A DNA stretch of 63,923 nucleotides, counting the filler, from Choristocarpus tenellus KU-1152 (Eukaryota; Protista; Phaeophyceae): the NCBI GenBank assembly GCA_964200185.2. It is 12 parts of 12 records of this genome, joined end to end, with 100 filler letters (N's around TTAATTAATTAA, not from the genome) between each part and the next. Parts side by side here need not be neighbours in the genome. Positions count along the whole stretch, not along the records: positions 49,147 to 52,419 come from CAXNAD020021119.1; positions 52,520 to 58,234 come from CAXNAD020009926.1; positions 58,335 to 61,276 come from CAXNAD020023483.1; positions 61,377 to 63,923 come from CAXNAD020026878.1; 8 more parts are not named here. One strand, 5' to 3'. Made by a program: the position numbers and the translations under genes. Position 1 is the stretch's first letter; every line of letters starts with the position of its first letter. Shown piece after piece: positions 52,156-63,923 of the stretch. The notes beneath the pieces are model-generated. The model did not search any database. It was not told the DNA's origin and saw only the letters and a list, made by a program, of their open reading frames with translations.

Positions 52156-52349
52156 ACACAATTTGCACACGCGTTTCATTTGCTGGCACCAAAAGGATCT
52201 GCGACGCCGCAAATGCCATGAAGATAGTTGTTACATTGCAACACTTATGGTATGTATAGTGTGGCGGACCAGAAATTATTACCCTTTATGTTGCAGCTGG
52301 ATCCCGCTGCGCAGGGCATCATTACATCTGTAGAATGCAGTCATCTAAA

Positions 52350-52419
52350 GGCTCAAAGTATCTGGGAGGGGGTAGCGACTGTCCAATTGGGGTCAATTTT
52401 TTCATGTCACGATTTTTGG
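52350..52419. mobile_element. MITE subfamily A end, truncated by linker
   Basis: GGCTCAAAGTATCTGGGAGGGGGTAGCGACTGTCCAATTGGGG. Confidence 0.8.
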
Positions 52420-52519
52420 NNNNNNNNNNNNNNNNNNNNNNNNNNNNNNNNNNNNNNNNNNNNTTAATTAATTAANNNNNNNNNNNNNNNNNNNNNNNNN
52501 NNNNNNNNNNNNNNNNNNN

Positions 52520-52589
52520 CAAAAAATCGAGACATGAAAAAATTGACCCCAAATGGACAGCCGCCACCCCCTCCCAGATACTTTGACCC
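52520..52589. mobile_element. MITE subfamily A end, truncated by linker
   Basis: CCCCAAATGGACAGCCGCCACCCCCTCCCAGATACTTTGACCC. Confidence 0.8.
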
Positions 52590-52840
52590 ATTTGTGTGTA
52601 TGTGTGAGTATGATATCCAGGGAGGAAGCTGTATCTAGAGAAGTGTCGAGGTATAGGGCCTAGGTAGGTGAGGACATGGGCTGATGATATCCTATCGACC
52701 AATGCTTCCCTTGCCACTATCCTTTTCCCTTCAACTCTTGGCATGACTCTTAGTTGTATTTTAAAGATTTGTTCTCTAATAGTTAACACATAGACCTTGT
52801 ACTTTACAGATTTAGCTATATGTGATTGTAAATTGGACAG

Positions 52841-55800
52841 GAGGAACGCAGCCGACTAGAAGAAGAGATGGGTAAAATGCAACAGCTTGAGGAAGAGGCT
52901 CTGGTCAAGGGTGCTTTCATGTACCAAACAAACAATGCCAACTGTGAGGGGCAGTGCGATGGAGATGAGGAAGCGTATTCTGACCAGGTAAACAATATGA
53001 TATTATCAACAATCGTAATTAATTGCTGACTATGATTTCCATTTTTGTCCTAAACCGAAAACTGAGTCTGAGAAATTAATTTTACCAGAACTTAGTTGTC
53101 TCAAGAAAAATAACCTTATCCATGTGAGTCTTGTTCAGATTGGTGAAACAGGGGAGGAAACATTTTGGATACACCCAGTTTGCTCATTCTGAAGGTTGGA
53201 CTATTCTGTTTGCTCAAGTTTATCAATTTTTTTTATTACTTAATCCCCAACCCTGCATATCAGAAGCACATACTTCTATTTTTTTATTCTAGCATGGCTG
53301 ACCCTTTTCCCGTTTTTTCCACAATCCTGTATCCCCTCCCCAAATGGCGAGCCCTGACCTGAACCTCTTTTTCCTATGTTTGATGGGGAATAGGAAGAGT
53401 GGGTCTCTCCTCTGACTCAAGGTGGGGGATTTGGACAAACCTCCAACAATTTTCGTCCAGTCAGCTTTATGGCTGCTCAGGCTGCCCTGCGGCGCAAGTA
53501 CCGCCACCTCCAACGGGCATTGGCCGAGGATGGCATGCTTTTTGCAGACGAGATCTTCGAGGTTCGACCACTTACCGGCGAAATCTGGGCCAAGAGCGAA
53601 ATTGAGGTGGGGTAGAGTACACAAGTCGAAAAAAGAAGCGGTATATGTTGGAAGTGCTCCTTACCATTGTGCAATCAGCACGCAAAGGGGAAGGTGGAAG
53701 AGGTAGTGTAAGAGATGCAGATATTTCACAAAAGAAACAGTGGAGATGAGAGAGCTATGCTTATATGCAATCAGCACAAATCTGGACACTTCATTTCTTG
53801 ACTGAATTTTGCTGATGACTACTGCAAGGATATGGGAAAGGTGTGAAATGGCTGGAGTGCAAGGTTGAAGAGGGGCTGTGCTGTCCACGACATCACACCA
53901 CAACATGCCCCCATTCTGTAGGATATTGTTTATTCTTCTAGTACATGATATGAAACACTCCAAGCATTCTATTCCTTACTTATAATAGGTTTTATCAGCC
54001 ATACTAGTTTGAGGGGTCCCATACCTTTGGTCGAAAGGTAAAAAGAAGGAGGCAACACACTCTCAACTGCAAATAATCCGAAGAACATAAGTTGTGTCTT
54101 GTTCGTTGATTTGTCTTACCTCATCGATTTTACCTTGTCAACAAGTCTATCTTTGGCGTTTTAGATGGTGGTCTCTACTTTTCATGACCTGAGTAAAGTA
54201 CATCGCGGATATCTCCCTGCCGTACTTCTGTTATCATTGTGACTTGATGCTTAGGGAGACACCATCTCATATAGGGGTTTCACTGAGTTTTATGGGTCGC
54301 AATGACTATCTTTCGTACATGCATCATGAGCACTGTGAGTGCTTTCCGCAAACAGCACATTCAAAGCTAATCTTCTCTTTTACAGTCACACAGTCTTATG
54401 AGGAATCACCGGCACTTCAGGCAGGGACCAAGTGCATATTGCATGAAGTTCAAGAATGCCTTCAAACTCAAAATAATCAGTACTGAACTCCCTCTTGGAT
54501 GGCACCACTCAATATTTTATATATCCTTGTCATCAGTTGCCAAGGTTATGTCCCCTTACTCCAGTTCCACCACGTTCTTTTCTTTGCAGGTGACAATATT
54601 CTTCCGGCCAGACACCGCCGTGGAGTATTCCTCCCGAGCTTTCTTGGACTGTGTTGGACGGGAGGAGAGACTCCCTTTGTTGCTGAGTGCTGGAGGCATT
54701 GGGCCAAAGGTGGTGCTCAGCTTTGATGTTTTGGATATGGGGGACATATTCATCAGCAGCAGACACAAGTATGAGGTGTGTAGGCTTGCACCTCGCGCAC
54801 AGTTTTTGCATGATTTTAGTTGATTTCAAACGGAAAACCCAGAACAAGCATGGACTCAATACTCATCAAAGTCGCCAATCAGGTTGAGAAGCTTTCCATA
54901 CTTAATTGAAAGTGAAATAGGTACAAGCCGTCATGAGATGTTGCTTCAATGTAATATGTACTGGGTATTTCCGATGTCCATACTCTATAAAGGAGCTGAC
55001 CATGGAATTATTGCTGGGGAAAAAACGAGAGCATTTATATAGACAGCCTTAGGCGCACTCTCCACTAAGCAAGATAGGCCAAACAGAGGGCAGCCAGATA
55101 TGGCACAATGTGCAGTATGTGCAATATTTTGAATATTCATGGGCTCAGCCACTCAAGTCTGACCACAACTGAAGCCTCAATAAAGACTTTGGTCTCAAAG
55201 GTTGTGCTACGTAGATCATGCCAGCATCTTTGGTCACTCATGCTCTCAAGTGGTTTGATTCAAGCAACGTCACAATGGTTGGTGTGTGTGTGTATGTGTG
55301 TGCATGAATTGCTCTCTTAAGGACATGATAATTATTTCAAATCACAATGCTTTTACTTCTACATTGCAAGTTATTTATATGGATTCTATAGTCTCTCTAT
55401 ATGTGGCATTTTGTGTGCAGCTAACCTTGTACTGCATGCTCTCTCTTTTCTACCCGACCAGTTGACCCTGATGAACAAGGGAGAAATAGCCGCTGAGTGG
55501 TCCTTGAGTGCACCAAGCACCCCATTTGCTGAAAAGTTCACTTTTTCCCCAACCTATGGAAAACTTGACATCAAGAACAGGTAGCAGTCTCAAAGTAACT
55601 GGAGGGAAGGGGGGGGTCTGCAACAGGGTGTCGATTTGGGACCTGACCAGGAGAAGGAAGTACACCAACATTATCCATCCGACGCATGGAACCAAATCAC
55701 CCAAAATCACAACATGGAGAAATGTGCCCCGAATGGACAGCCGCCACCCACCCCCAGATACTTTGAGCCAGAAATAGTAGAAATGAGCACTTGGAGGGAT

Positions 55801-57912
55801 ACAATGAGAAGGGGTAGATATTGCAGGTGCCATAGACCCAGAACCTTACTCCTCTTTCCTTCAACGTTGCTCATTCTTCATTTCTCCCCCCTCTCTGATC
55901 ACCTTTCAATCGAAGTGTGACACTCACAGTTGAGATTGAATCGGACATCCTGGGGGAATTTTGTGAGTCGTTCAATGTCAACCTGAAGGGTAATGACAAC
56001 CCTCTCCCATGCCAGTTCAAAGGTCACGTGGTGAGAGGAGGTTTATTATACGATGTGTGCTAAACAAATATGAAAATTGTTAGGTCCTTCCTTTCCCATC
56101 TGTGTTATTATTTCTATTTGTGCTCAGGGAGTTGCCTTGCCTGGAACATATCTAATAATTGCAGTGTTGCTACCTGTGCTTTGCCTACCACAGTAAATCA
56201 TACTTTTTATTTGAGATCACCTGAGTACCATAGGACTTACCCTCGTAAGCCAGGATATGCTATCATTGTTCTGGGCATTCAGTCAAAGTCAATGGGAGGT
56301 AGCCAGGTTTTGACGGTTTTTCATTTTTAGCCAGTTTTTTCAATTTTCTCCATTGACCTATATTTCTATGGATGAGGCCGCATATAGATATACTTAGAGT
56401 GTTGATTTCTCTACCAATATAAAATTTTTGAAAAAATTCGGAAAATATCCGAGACAGACATAAAAAAAAAGATGAATGTTGCACATATTTTTGAGCATCC
56501 TTGCAATGAAACTTTGGGCACCTCTCGTTTACTTCAACTCACTCTGCTTGATTGCTGTTTCCCAGTTGCTCACTCTAGCAACCAACACAAAACTGCTGGT
56601 GGGAACACCTTTTACAGGACTTGTTTTTATATATCCCTCGTATAGATTGGACCAACCTTTCGCTTCAATGTGGATGAAATCAACTTCGGAGCTATCAGTT
56701 ATGGCTGCCCAGTGAGTGCTACAGTCTTCCTTGAGAACACATCAGAAATATCAATATCTTGGCGGGCAAGAATACCACAGGTGGGTGGAGCAGACAGGTA
56801 AGTATACCTGTCTACTTCTGTTGAAAGGCGAGATTTCGTGATCGAGCAATGATGCTAGACTGGTAATACAAAACCCAAACAACCCCAATGTGGAAAAGAA
56901 CTCGGGAAATAGATATGATATTTCCTTTGCAATGCGTAGATGGAGTATACTGCATTCTTTTTTGACTGCTGTGTACTCCCTGGTTATGCCACTACACCTA
57001 TTTAACAAACTGAAAACTTTGAACAGGATGGAGCATATCGCAAAAGGGAGTTCATGGTCTCTCCTGATTTTGGCACATTGGCACCTGGGTACAGTGACAG
57101 GATACTTGTGGAGCTCATGAGCCATACAGATAAGGTGCTTCTCTATATGGTTGTACAAAGACATCATGTAGTCCAATGCCATTTTTGATTCATACATAAG
57201 GGGTGCCACATGCAAGGGCAGTATCACATTTTCATTCAAGGCATATGCTGCAAATTGAATCAGAATGAACTCTGGAGTAAAAAACGAAACCAGAGCAAGT
57301 GCTGAAATGAATAAATAGAAATGGCAAGGGCTGTTTTTCCCCTAGTTTGCTGTTTGTTGTACCTCACTACATCAACCCTTTCCAAATGAACACTAGAAAG
57401 CATTCATTCTCCAGTCATCCACAAGTTGAGGCCTTGGGGTATTTCTATACAAGAGTCTAAACTGCCAGTCTCCCATTTGTTCGCTCACTCTCTTATAGTG
57501 GTATCTGGCAGACAAATATGAGCAATATCTTGTTGTGTTTGGAGCCAACAGTGGGGATTTCCTCTGCTCCAAGGAAAGTTTATAATTTATTGATAGTGTT
57601 GTATCTACAGTTTTTCTATCAGATTTTCTCCAATATGACCTTTGATGTGTAACACTAGCTATCCATAGTGTGTTCGATTGAGAAGTATGGCAGTGGTCAG
57701 TTGACCCTGATTTTCCTGTTCAGATCTTTGCTGCTGACAAGTTGTCAGCCATATGAAGAGCGTAGAATATTATGCCTACACGTCATACGCTGCAAACCTA
57801 GATCTGATATTTACTTGCCACAACACTCAAGGTGTACGAGTTCTACCTTACTGTGGATATAGATGGAGTGGGCGAGGAGCTCTTAAGTCTACCAATTAAG
57901 GCTGATTGTCAG
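52841..57912 (+). CDS. HYDIN: HYDIN axonemal central-pair protein, internal 8 exons (ASH/PapD-like repeats)
   Basis: Exons 52841-52987, 53394-53606 (RKYRHLQRALAEDGMLFADEIFEVRPLTGEIWAKSEIE), 54590-54775 (GREERLPL...GIGPKVVLSFDVLDMGDIFISSRHKYE), 55462-55580 (NKGEIAAEW...FTFSP), 55916-56030 (SDILGEFCESF...FKGHV), 56646-56780 (IGPTFRFNVDEINFGAISY...NTSEI...RIPQ), 57027-57134 (DG...KREF), 57832-57912 (VYEFYLTVDIDGVGEELLSLPI). All phases are consistent. Confidence 0.9.
55587..55769. mobile_element. MITE subfamily A in a HYDIN intron
   Basis: GTCTCAAAGTAACTGG...CCCCCAGATACTTTGAGCC. Confidence 0.85.
56280..56540. mobile_element. MITE subfamily D in a HYDIN intron
   Basis: CAGTCAAAGTCAATGGGAGGTAGCCAG...GGCACCTCTCGTTTACTTCAACTC, flanks ATT/ACT. 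Confidence 0.8.
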
Positions 57913-57994
57913 GTAACCATCCCTGACTACTTTCTTTGCTTTCCTTCATTGAGTGTGCTTTCTGAGTCCATGTGTTCAGCCCCTGAAATATTTT

Positions 57995-58234
57995 GAGTGA
58001 AAGTATCTTAGAGGGTACGAAATTTTCCCTGTTTGTCCATTTGGGGCTTTGGTTCCCATGTTCTTTCTTATGACATTTTCCTACTCCAAAATGTTTCAGA
58101 GTAGGTAAAATGTGTACGTTATAAAAAGATGTATCCGAAACAAGGATATTAACACTTCCTAACAGGCATAATAGCCAAAATTACGTCAAAATCACAACAT
58201 TGGATTTTGGGCTCTGAATGGACGCGGCCCTCCC
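57995..58234. mobile_element. MITE subfamily B, truncated by linker
   Basis: GAGTGAAAGTATCTTAGAGGGTACGA...; reverse-oriented homolog of 20398-20658. Confidence 0.85.
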
Positions 58235-59399
58235 NNNNNNNNNNNNNNNNNNNNNNNNNNNNNNNNNNNNNNNNNNNNTTAATTAATTAANNNNNNNNNN
58301 NNNNNNNNNNNNNNNNNNNNNNNNNNNNNNNNNNATATTATTACAGGAATACCAAAACCGTTACCGGCTCCCCCCGGGGGGGGCCGTCTGTCCTTATACG
58401 AGTGGCTTGATCGAGGTCGCTTCCAAATCGTAGCGGTGCCCTCCACAAGTACCGAAATATGTTTGAATTGAAATATATCCCATTCAAAAAGGGGCCCTTA
58501 AAAAGTGCCGCAACATTAAAAAAATATATATATATCGATACTTTTTCCGCACCATTTTCGGTCAAACCCATCCTCAATAGTACGCTCCATCCTCAATTTT
58601 TAAAATCCACTGTTTATGGTAGTGTGCCCTCAGACTCAGTGCGAGGTAAAGAAGCACTGCATCCCAGAAGGTATTCGACATTCAAATGAGTATGCATTCA
58701 GTAGATGGAGGGAGCACTCGTCACAGTCTGTATCTATGAAACTAGCACAGGAAAACATATGTGCCCTCAAAGTGATTAGGCCAACACCAGCCTAGTCAAA
58801 AGAGAATCCGGGCAAGCCTGTTATATTCAATTCCAAGATTGATTTAGGGTTAGGGTTTATGCAAAATAGAGCTACTCAAGTAGAGTATTTTGCTTTGTGT
58901 GGTATGGATATGTTTATTAGCGGAGTGAGCACTATCCTCAAGGTGAGGGGTGGTGCTCTCCCTTGTTATCTAATCCATTCGTCATCAAACACGTCAGAAA
59001 TATGTTTAAACATGTTTGTGGCAGTTGCACTACGTCAGTCACTTATAAGTTCAAGTTAAATTACTTCATTCACTTTTATACTATAAATCATATAGACTAC
59101 TAGTCTATATTGCACAAGGTTAGGATGAGGGTTCCCGACAAGGCTTCCATAACACGTCCAAATTTATCATCTCTTGATGTGTAATGAGTGTTCAATAGAA
59201 CAGAGTATTGTGTACAGCTTTGTGAACTCTCCAGAAAGGTTGGGTGCAGCAGTAATGTGAACATGGAATGCTTAGCATCATTGAAAGATGGGCAAGGACT
59301 GGTTTCAGATCTCAATTCTTAAAGCCCGATCATCTAATCTCTGGGGATACAGAGAGCAGTTTGCCATGCTTGCCTCCCTTTTCCGTCAGATGATTTGTA

Positions 59400-61200
59400 G
59401 CTGTACCATATCAAACCCCTTGAGTAGTTTGTTCTTCGTGAAGCACACCACACAACATCTCCAGCACCAAAAATTACAAATCACACCTGAGTCAATCTGC
59501 ACAGCCTGGCGGCCAGCAAATAATGGCAAGGAATACGCCATAGTCCGATAGTGTGCGGTAGAGTACGAGCCATTTCGTGGAAACATGAGGGTTCTGTGCG
59601 CTTCAGTGACATCCTTTCCTCCTTTCTTATTAGTGAAAACTCAAACATCATGGACCTGCTGTTGTAGAATGATCTGACCTTGGGAGGAAGGAGGGGCATA
59701 CTCATGATTCAATTAAAACAATACCCTGCTAACTTGAGTAGACAAAGAAAGCGAACCTTTGGAATTCATAGCTAACATTGGATTTGGGTCCATCTTAGAA
59801 TAGATGCTATCAGATATGTCTGGCACTGGAGAAAAGAGGTAAGGACACAAGAATTCTAACCCTGACCCTAAGAGGCACACGAGCCCACACCCTCACCCGT
59901 TTGGTCTCCATGTGCCAACAAGATTACATGTATCAACTACTATGAATCTCACTGCTGTCAACAGATAGTCTCCATAGCCTATAAGTGCTGGAGTTCTGTA
60001 GCTATCTAGTTTTGCAGCCAACTATGTAATGTTCCCTCCTACACTCCATGTATTTCATCCAAAAAGGGCACAGAAATACTACCAAGGACAACATCAATAC
60101 TCCCAAATTAGGCAATAAAATATACAGAGACAACTGTCAGTCATTAAAACTGGTAACAACACACAAAAAATCAAGTCCCAGAAATTGTGATAATATGTTG
60201 AAGTGAACGGTAGACCTTACTTCTAGATCCTGCTATGTACGCACATGCTTGCACTCCCAAGCATTGTTCTGCACACCCCTCAGGTAATGCCGTCCCCCCT
60301 CTGCTCTACCTCCGTTACCCAGAATCTCAGCCCCTGCATACACACACACACAAACAATACTCCCTGGCTTCCCGCAGTTAATCCACACCACCCTCCAACA
60401 TTCATTTGCATAACACTTCTGAGCATTTTCTTCTTGTCCTTCTCTTTCTCCCCTGCCCCATCTAGTATTGCGATAGTCTCCCCACCAGCATCTCTGAACA
60501 GTACAGAAGGGAGGATCACCCTCCACATACCCTTGTTGCACTTCCTCTGGTGATGCATTTGAAGCACAACAAACTGTTGGGGGCGACACCAGCCTGAAAA
60601 CATGGTCTAGACCGTGTACAACCCATGTGTACTCACAGGAAGATATGGATGGCCAATACAGTATTGCATATAGTCAATTGGGTGTATAGCACCATTACAC
60701 ACCGTTTCTCTCATGTACAGCACGCCACTACCTCATCCAAGTCCAAGGGATCGATTGATAGCCTCCTGCACATCAAAATCTTCATAGACACCCTTACGCC
60801 CTGATGACCGAGGGACTACCTGCAGCAAGGATAAAGGTGACAACAAAACTCAGGGCGTAGAACATGATGAGATCGCTCTTTGCTAATATTGCTTTCGCCA
60901 CGTAAGTGGAAGATGTTGAACTTGCAATCAAACAAAGCCAATGGTTTGGCAGGCCAAGGTGACCAAAAGCTGTTCCACCCCAATAATCTACAAATGGGCA
61001 TTTCACAGGGCGAATCCACCCCAGTCAAATGTCTTCGGATAAAATGAGCCCCTTCACATTCCCCATTTTGATGTTCACCATTAATAATAGGACATACGAT
61101 ATTAATCTCTGGAGCCCCAAGAAATGGCCAGGACTGACTCAGCGGCACATGGTGGCAAAGTATGATACTGTGTTTCATGAAGGCAGGGTGATGTCTTTAT
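59400..61200 (-). pseudogene. Decayed non-LTR retrotransposon RT (CRE/SLACS-like)
   Basis: GHLGLPNHWLCLIAS (RPLG/I motif-like) and EEVQQGYVEGDPPFC (GVQQGDPLGPxLFC-like). Heavily frameshifted. Confidence 0.4.
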
Positions 61201-61377
61201 CTACTAGCTACTAGATCTGTACGAAATATATGTCAAAGTATATATTTCAGGTACTCCCTGCTCTTGACAATTTGGGNNNNNNNNNNNNNNNNNNNNNNNN
61301 NNNNNNNNNNNNNNNNNNNNTTAATTAATTAANNNNNNNNNNNNNNNNNNNNNNNNNNNNNNNNNNNNNNNNNNNNT

Positions 61378-61424
<47 letters not shown>

Positions 61425-61425
61425 T

Positions 61426-61463
<38 letters not shown>

Positions 61464-61494
61464 CTCTTTGTACTCACTGTGCTTGATGATTCAG

Positions 61495-63923
61495 GAATTA
61501 TCTCGATTTGCTAGCCGGCGCATCACCAGTTCTATCAAGTATGTCAAGAATGTGTTCACCCCTGCAACTGGCACGGGGCTGCCCCCGAGTTCAGGAAAGG
61601 TTGGTAAAGTGAACCCTAGGGGTGGTTGGGGCAGGCAAAAGGTGTGTCGTTAACCTGGATGGCGTTATCCTCGACGGCAGTACCTCATTGGGACTATGAA
61701 GAGCAGTATTGGTAATCGCGTAGATGGTTCTGTGAGAAGTATGGTTTGGCAGTGAGTACGTCGAGTATGCTGTTTGACTGTGTGCTGAGAGTCGATGTTC
61801 TTAAAACTAGGGGAGGCTTTTTTTGTTTGAAACGAATGACGACTCTCTTGGTTCCACCGTGTTTTGTTGAAACAAGCTTTGGTGTCTAGATGGTGGTGGT
61901 GGTTTCTAGTTTAGGTTCAATTCTTGCGGGTGCTCTATTTGGGGTGGTTAATCTTTCACTTGCCGAGATCGCATCAGTGATATTTAGCGTGTGTCATCCC
62001 ACCTGACCCTAACCCTATGTCAATTTGTGCTATGGAGTGCAGCATGCAGCAGGAGTAGGCTGCTGCTCTAGCGTGTACATATTGCTATGGGGGTCCTGGT
62101 TTGACCACTTTTTTTTGTAATTTTTATCTACAAAGAGGTGTTTCTTCTTTCTTTTTTTGATCACGCCAAAGGAAAACTATGGAGAGGACGCAGTTTCATT
62201 TTATCCCCGTCACATACCGCTGTTGTATTTAAATATAAATAAATTTCCTAAACAGTCAGCACGATCTTGTTCCTCTTTGAAGAGAGGCGTGAAGAGCAGC
62301 CTAGCCTAACTCTTAGACCCAATTCTTACACCCCCCTATTTTTTAGTTCAAATTCGTGAGGGGTATACCTCCCTTTGACCACTGCTCATGCAATTATTGC
62401 TACTTGTTGGGATATATATGTGTATTTATGTTGGCAATAGAGGAATCAGAAGCCAATGAAGCTTTATGGGGGATTAGATCATTTTGTGTATGGTCAAGTG
62501 CAGCGAAATGTCTCTGATATTTCCCAGGTTACATGTGAGAGTTAGGGTTTATCGTTTGGAAGAAGCAGAGCGTAGGTTTTCTAATTTAATTTCAAAAAGA
62601 GTCCAGTCTATGTATCCACATAGAGTGTGTAAGAGCACTACCGGCGTATCATGGTACATTTGAGAGTTTCCTGATGTGGAGGATAATGTCTCGTTGTCCT
62701 CTTGTGTGTGTTGATTGGGTGCTTTAAAGTGACTCATTTCTACACTGTGACATTTTTTTCTCTTTTTTCATTCAGTCTGCAACAACACTCCATAATTTTG
62801 TTTGTGTGTGTGTGTTGCAATTGGTCCACCTGACCCTAACCCTAGCCTATCTTGGCTATATCTTAAATAGATACTGGAATGGGGGCTTATGATTGGTTTT
62901 GATAGGCTCTATCCCACCTGGCTGCTGTTACGTACTTCATGAAAAAAAAAAATGAAATATCCAAATAATACACTTCAGTGCTGCTTGATGCTGGACAGAG
63001 CAGAAGGCACCCTCATCAGTAGCTCTTTCGAGTTCAATCACACTGCAACTCCTTTTTATTTACTCTACTGGTGTACCTGTTTCCACCCAATATACTACCA
63101 TTGTTGCTTGTTGAGGGCGCTTGTTTATTTCTATTTTTATTATTCTCTCTCTTTATTTTTGTTTTTGACAAAGTTAACGACTACTTTCTTGATGTGTCCC
63201 TCCCCCCTTTTTTCTTATTTTTTTCTTTTCAAGCGAGCTGAGGGACCATCGTCTGCAAGGGATGCAGTCGGTGTGGCGAGGGGGGCAACTCCAACTCCGA
63301 TAAAGTCGGAAAAGGAGAGCGCCCTTGACACAGGCAGTCTGAAAGGCCGGCTGATGAACATGATATCTTCCCCTGCCATTGAGGAGGGAGGGTGGAACGG
63401 CAGTAGTCATGGGGGAGGGGGAGGAGGGGTGTCCCGGTCAAGGTCAGGGTCGACTGCATCCTTTGGAGGGGGTTCTACTCATAGCATCAGCAGCAATGCA
63501 ACATCACCCCGATTGCACAACTGGACTGGGTTCAGGCCTGGTGGGGGTGGGGGAGGTGGTGGAAGTGTAGGTTCTTCTGGAGACCATGGCCGGAGTGGAG
63601 ATGTGAGCGAGGCTCTTCCTGGTGATAGGGACAAGGAAGATATGCTTGGGGATCTGAAGAGGGGAGTAGACCGGGCCCTGTATTCTTTTAGCCGTGGTGG
63701 AAGTGGCCATGGACCGTCCTCTTCACATGGCTCTGCGTTTGGTGGGGGTGGGGGCGGGGGCGGTGACAGCGCCCATGGATCAACGCGTGGGCTTAACCTC
63801 AGTAGTCACGGGTTTTCACTGAGTCGTAGTGGTCACGGAGGCCTAGGTGGCAGTGCACATGGGGGCGGTGGGAGTATTGAGGGCAGTGCCCATGGTGGAA
63901 AGGGTGGTGGAAGTGTAGGGGGC
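61495..63923 (+). CDS. Unknown protein, two internal exons, Gly/Ser/His-rich low complexity
   Basis: Exon 61495-61641 (CAG|...|GT, phase 0) and exon from 63234 (polypyrimidine-AAG acceptor), open to the window end: RAEGPSSARD...SSHGG...SAHGG. Confidence 0.6.

Noticed and set aside
52350-52589. Single large element with long TIRs spanning the gap (also 39675-40100)
   Set aside because: Both sides show the same MITE end, flanking trinucleotides differ (AAA/ATT; TGA/ACA), and the linker is artificial.
56751-57239. 162-aa minus-strand ORF vaguely like a Ulp1 protease
   Set aside because: It is antisense to HYDIN exons 56646-56780 and 57027-57134 and lacks a convincing catalytic motif.
61377-61462. 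Poly-T/poly-G run as retrocopy tail or G-quadruplex
   Set aside because: At a contig edge, typical of low-quality short-read ends.

Overview
Eukaryotic, intron-rich nuclear DNA, most likely a brown alga. Support: a bipartite plastid-targeting presequence, axonemal HYDIN, long introns and TTAGGG-type repeats. CpG depletion suggests an early-diverging, DNA-methylating lineage such as Discosporangiales (inference). The window is 12 separate contigs joined by artificial 100-bp N44-TTAATTAATTAA-N44 linkers, so neighbourhoods across linkers are not meaningful. Spliced genes reconstructed by hand with consistent phases: partial site-1 protease MBTPS1 (-), plastid CbbY-like HAD hydrolase (-), TRM112 (+), a DUF1997 protein (+), P5A ATPase ATP13A1/SPF1 (-), HYDIN (+) and an unknown Gly/Ser-rich gene (+). 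There is also a decayed MCM8-like fragment and a CpG-rich orphan spliced ORF. Mobile DNA: a complete 2.6-kb gag-only LTR element (TR-GAG-like, 5-bp TSD, non-canonical palindromic PBS) nested in a mariner remnant; about 20 MITEs of four subfamilies sharing one terminal repeat and 3-bp TSDs; RTE- and CRE-like LINE remnants; and a pogo deletion derivative. Notable patterns are frequent GC-AG and AAG splice sites, many short interstitial telomeric repeats (two at branch-point position) and CpG-island-like gene 5' ends.
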